A stretch of 36,061 nt of DNA from Nitrososphaerales archaeon (GTDB lineage Archaea > Thermoproteota > Nitrososphaeria > Nitrososphaerales > UBA57). The position numbers and the translations under genes were made by a program. Location: assembly GCA_022449325.1 (NCBI GenBank), contig JAKUSK010000004.1, forward strand, positions 1 to 36,061. Direction: 5' to 3'. This document shows, piece after piece, positions 34,189-36,061 of this stretch (position 1 is the stretch's first letter; each line of letters begins with the position of its first letter). A model generated the notes under the pieces. It did no database searches. It was not told the origin of the DNA and was given only the letters and a program-made list of their open reading frames with translations.

Positions 34189-35717
34189 TATGCCATACCT
34201 CCGAAAGTAGACTGAAGTAATGGAATAAGATTATCAGTAATGACGGAAGGGAAAACTCCAATCAGAAGAGTCAAAGCGCAAAGGAATAATAATGGAATAG
34301 TCATTAATGGTGAAGGATCTTTTAGATTCTCAAAGTCTTTTGGAAGTGTGCCAAAGAATACTTTACGCATAGTAAGTAATGCATAACCTGCAGTAATTGG
34401 CGTACCAGCAAGTGCAAGGGCTGCTATAATTAGTTTGAATGTAGAGCCGCTTTCTAAAGCTCCTCCGAATGCACCTGCAAATATCATCCATTCAGATTGA
34501 AAGCCATTAGTGGGTGGAACGCCTACGATCGCGAGGAATCCAATCATTGCAGCAATACCTGTTATAGGGAGTTTACTGCCAAGACCTCCTAATTTTCTAA
34601 TACTCCTAATACCGCCAGTTTGCATAATTATTGAACCTGCAGCCATAAACAGAAGAGCTTTACCTGTACCGTGGCTGACATAGTGGAATACTGAACCAGT
34701 TACGCCAAGGTAATAGAGGGAACCCATACCAAAAATAATGTATCCCATTTGACTAACACTGGAATAAGCCAGCAGTCGTTTCAGATCGTCTTGTGAATAA
34801 GCCATAAGTCCTCCATAAATCATTGTAAGTAGTCCCCATAATGTGATAACCAGTACAATACTTTGATAAATCGATGGAAGAATAAACACAAATATTCGAA
34901 GGAAAGCATATGCACCAATGCCGATCATGGCAGGAGAAAGTAAAGCACTAATTGGAGTTGGTGATTCTGCATGTGCATATGGTAACCAAACATGAAGACC
35001 TGCAGCGGCAAGTTTCATAAGAAGACCAAAACTAATTGCAATTGCAACCCAGATTCTTATTGAATTAGGTAATCCACTTTCAGCAATTTCTGCAAAATTA
35101 AAACTACCTCCAAAATATCCAACAGTTAGGATTCCAGCAAGTAAAGAAACTGCACCAACATGTGTCCACAAAAAGTACATAACAGAAATTTTTGCTCTTT
35201 CTCCATAACCGAATTCGGAGATTAAAAAGAATGATGGAATCAACATTAGCTCAAAGAAGATATAAAATTGAATCAAGTTGGTAGCGAGTACGGTACCCAA
35301 CATACCTGCAGCATAGATAACATACAAACTGTAATACAAAGCCATTTTTCTATTCATAGCATCGACAGAGAATTTCTTTTTATTTTCATGAAATTCTTCA
35401 CGGACCCGATGTTCCATGTATGGCATGGAGTAAACTGCCAAAGTAGTTGACAAAATCATTATAATCGCAGCAAATGGGAAACTTAATCCGTCAAGATGAA
35501 GTCCAAACTCGCCAATTGGATTCCAAGAATATGTTTCTAGGCGTGTATTTGTGAACAATGAGCCATTATTGTCCATTCCTGAGTACAACACTAAACCAGT
35601 ACTATAAAGCATAATTACGAAGGCAAGCCAGCCAACGTTCTTACCCATTCTAAGTCCAATGAAATAAACTAATGGAGCAAGTAGTATAGGAAGGAAAACA
35701 GATTGTAGTAAGAGCAA
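34188..35717 (-). CDS. nuoM: Complex I subunit M (copy 1, between nuoK and nuoL)
   Basis: LDGLS, FYIFFELMLIPS, KLAAAGLHVWLPYAHAESPTP, AYSSVSQMG, HGTGKA, GFQSE. Confidence 0.85.
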   Translation of the reverse strand: MLLLQSVFLPILLAPLVYFIGLRMGKNVGWLAFVIMLYSTGLVLYSGMDNNGSLFTNTRLETYSWNPIGEFGLHLDGLSFPFAAIIMILSTTLAVYSMPYMEHRVREEFHENKKKFSVDAMNRKMALYYSLYVIYAAGMLGTVLATNLIQFYIFFELMLIPSFFLISEFGYGERAKISVMYFLWTHVGAVSLLAGILTVGYFGGSFNFAEIAESGLPNSIRIWVAIAISFGLLMKLAAAGLHVWLPYAHAESPTPISALLSPAMIGIGAYAFLRIFVFILPSIYQSIVLVITLWGLLTMIYGGLMAYSQDDLKRLLAYSSVSQMGYIIFGMGSLYYLGVTGSVFHYVSHGTGKALLFMAAGSIIMQTGGIRSIRKLGGLGSKLPITGIAAMIGFLAIVGVPPTNGFQSEWMIFAGAFGGALESGSTFKLIIAALALAGTPITAGYALLTMRKVFFGTLPKDFENLKDPSPLMTIPLLFLCALTLLIGVFPSVITDNLIPLLQSTFGGMA

Positions 35718-35724
35718 ACTCAGA

Positions 35725-36042
35725 TCAACCTCGTAATTTCTTCAGTTCTAGAACGTCGATGTCATTATTTAGTCTGAAAGCTTGAACGATGATTGCCAGA
35801 CCAACCGCTGCTTCAGTAGCAGCTAAGGCAATAGCAAATAGAGAAAAGGTTTGGCCGGTGAGTAATGGTGTATCGTAATATCGAGCAAAAGCGACGAAAT
35901 TGATAATAGCTGCGTTAATAATAATTTCGACAGAGAAAAGTAAACGGATTGCATTTCTTTTTGCAATAAGACCGTAAACACCTACAGACAACAATGCTAG
36001 TGATACAATAAAGTAATTGATTAGAGGTTCCAAAAGAATCAC
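35725..36042 (-). CDS. nuoK: Complex I subunit K
   Basis: GVYG..KRNAIRLLFSVEIIINA, AATEAAVGLAI, LKKLRG. Confidence 0.94.
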   Translation of the reverse strand: MILLEPLINYFIVSLALLSVGVYGLIAKRNAIRLLFSVEIIINAAIINFVAFARYYDTPLLTGQTFSLFAIALAATEAAVGLAIIVQAFRLNNDIDVLELKKLRG

Positions 36043-36061
36043 CTATTTTCAAATTTAGCCA
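36039..36061 (-). CDS. Probable 3' end of nuoJ (partial)
   Basis: ...AKFENR* with a GTGA stop/start overlap onto nuoK. Identity inferred from canonical gene order only. Confidence 0.45.

Noticed and set aside
1466..35450. Many short ORFs nested in or antisense to identified genes (e.g. 1466-1708, 5049-5270, 7876-8115, 11014-11337, 26281-26676, 33464-33697)
   Set aside because: They fully overlap well-supported genes and have the composition typical of off-frame or antisense translation.
1..36061. CRISPR arrays or defence systems
   Set aside because: No regularly spaced repeats and no cas, restriction-modification or toxin-antitoxin-like ORFs were seen.

Overview
Low-GC archaeal chromosomal segment, most consistent with Nitrososphaerota/Thaumarchaeota (inferred from gene content, a stand-alone 5S rRNA, non-canonical tRNA introns and nuoK-M-L order). 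Housekeeping content: an rpoD-L18e-L13-S9-rpoN-eno-S2-mvk-ipk-fni operon divergent from S13-S4-S11-glmS; larC/larB/larE nickel-pincer cofactor genes; a prx-tusA-dsrE sulfur/redox cluster; coaD, map, trpS, pheS/pheT, a cyclophilin, a prenyltransferase and the membrane arm of complex I. Four RNA genes are missing from the ORF track: tRNA-Val(TAC) with a D-loop intron, tRNA-Trp(CCA) with two introns, 5S rRNA, and a probable two-hairpin box H/ACA guide RNA. Main highlights: (1) a CarH-like B12-binding protein (Wx9EH motif) with a non-MerR N-terminal domain, divergent from two His-conserving membrane paralogs; (2) the H/ACA RNA, whose second pocket matches 23S helix 69; (3) a 2M complex I with a lengthened NuoL lateral helix; (4) an unannotated 31-aa hydrophobic ORF in frame with fni; (5) a [4Fe-4S]-type LarE downstream of a TusA/DsrE sulfur relay, with no larA in the window. 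All family calls come from motif recognition by eye; no searches were run.
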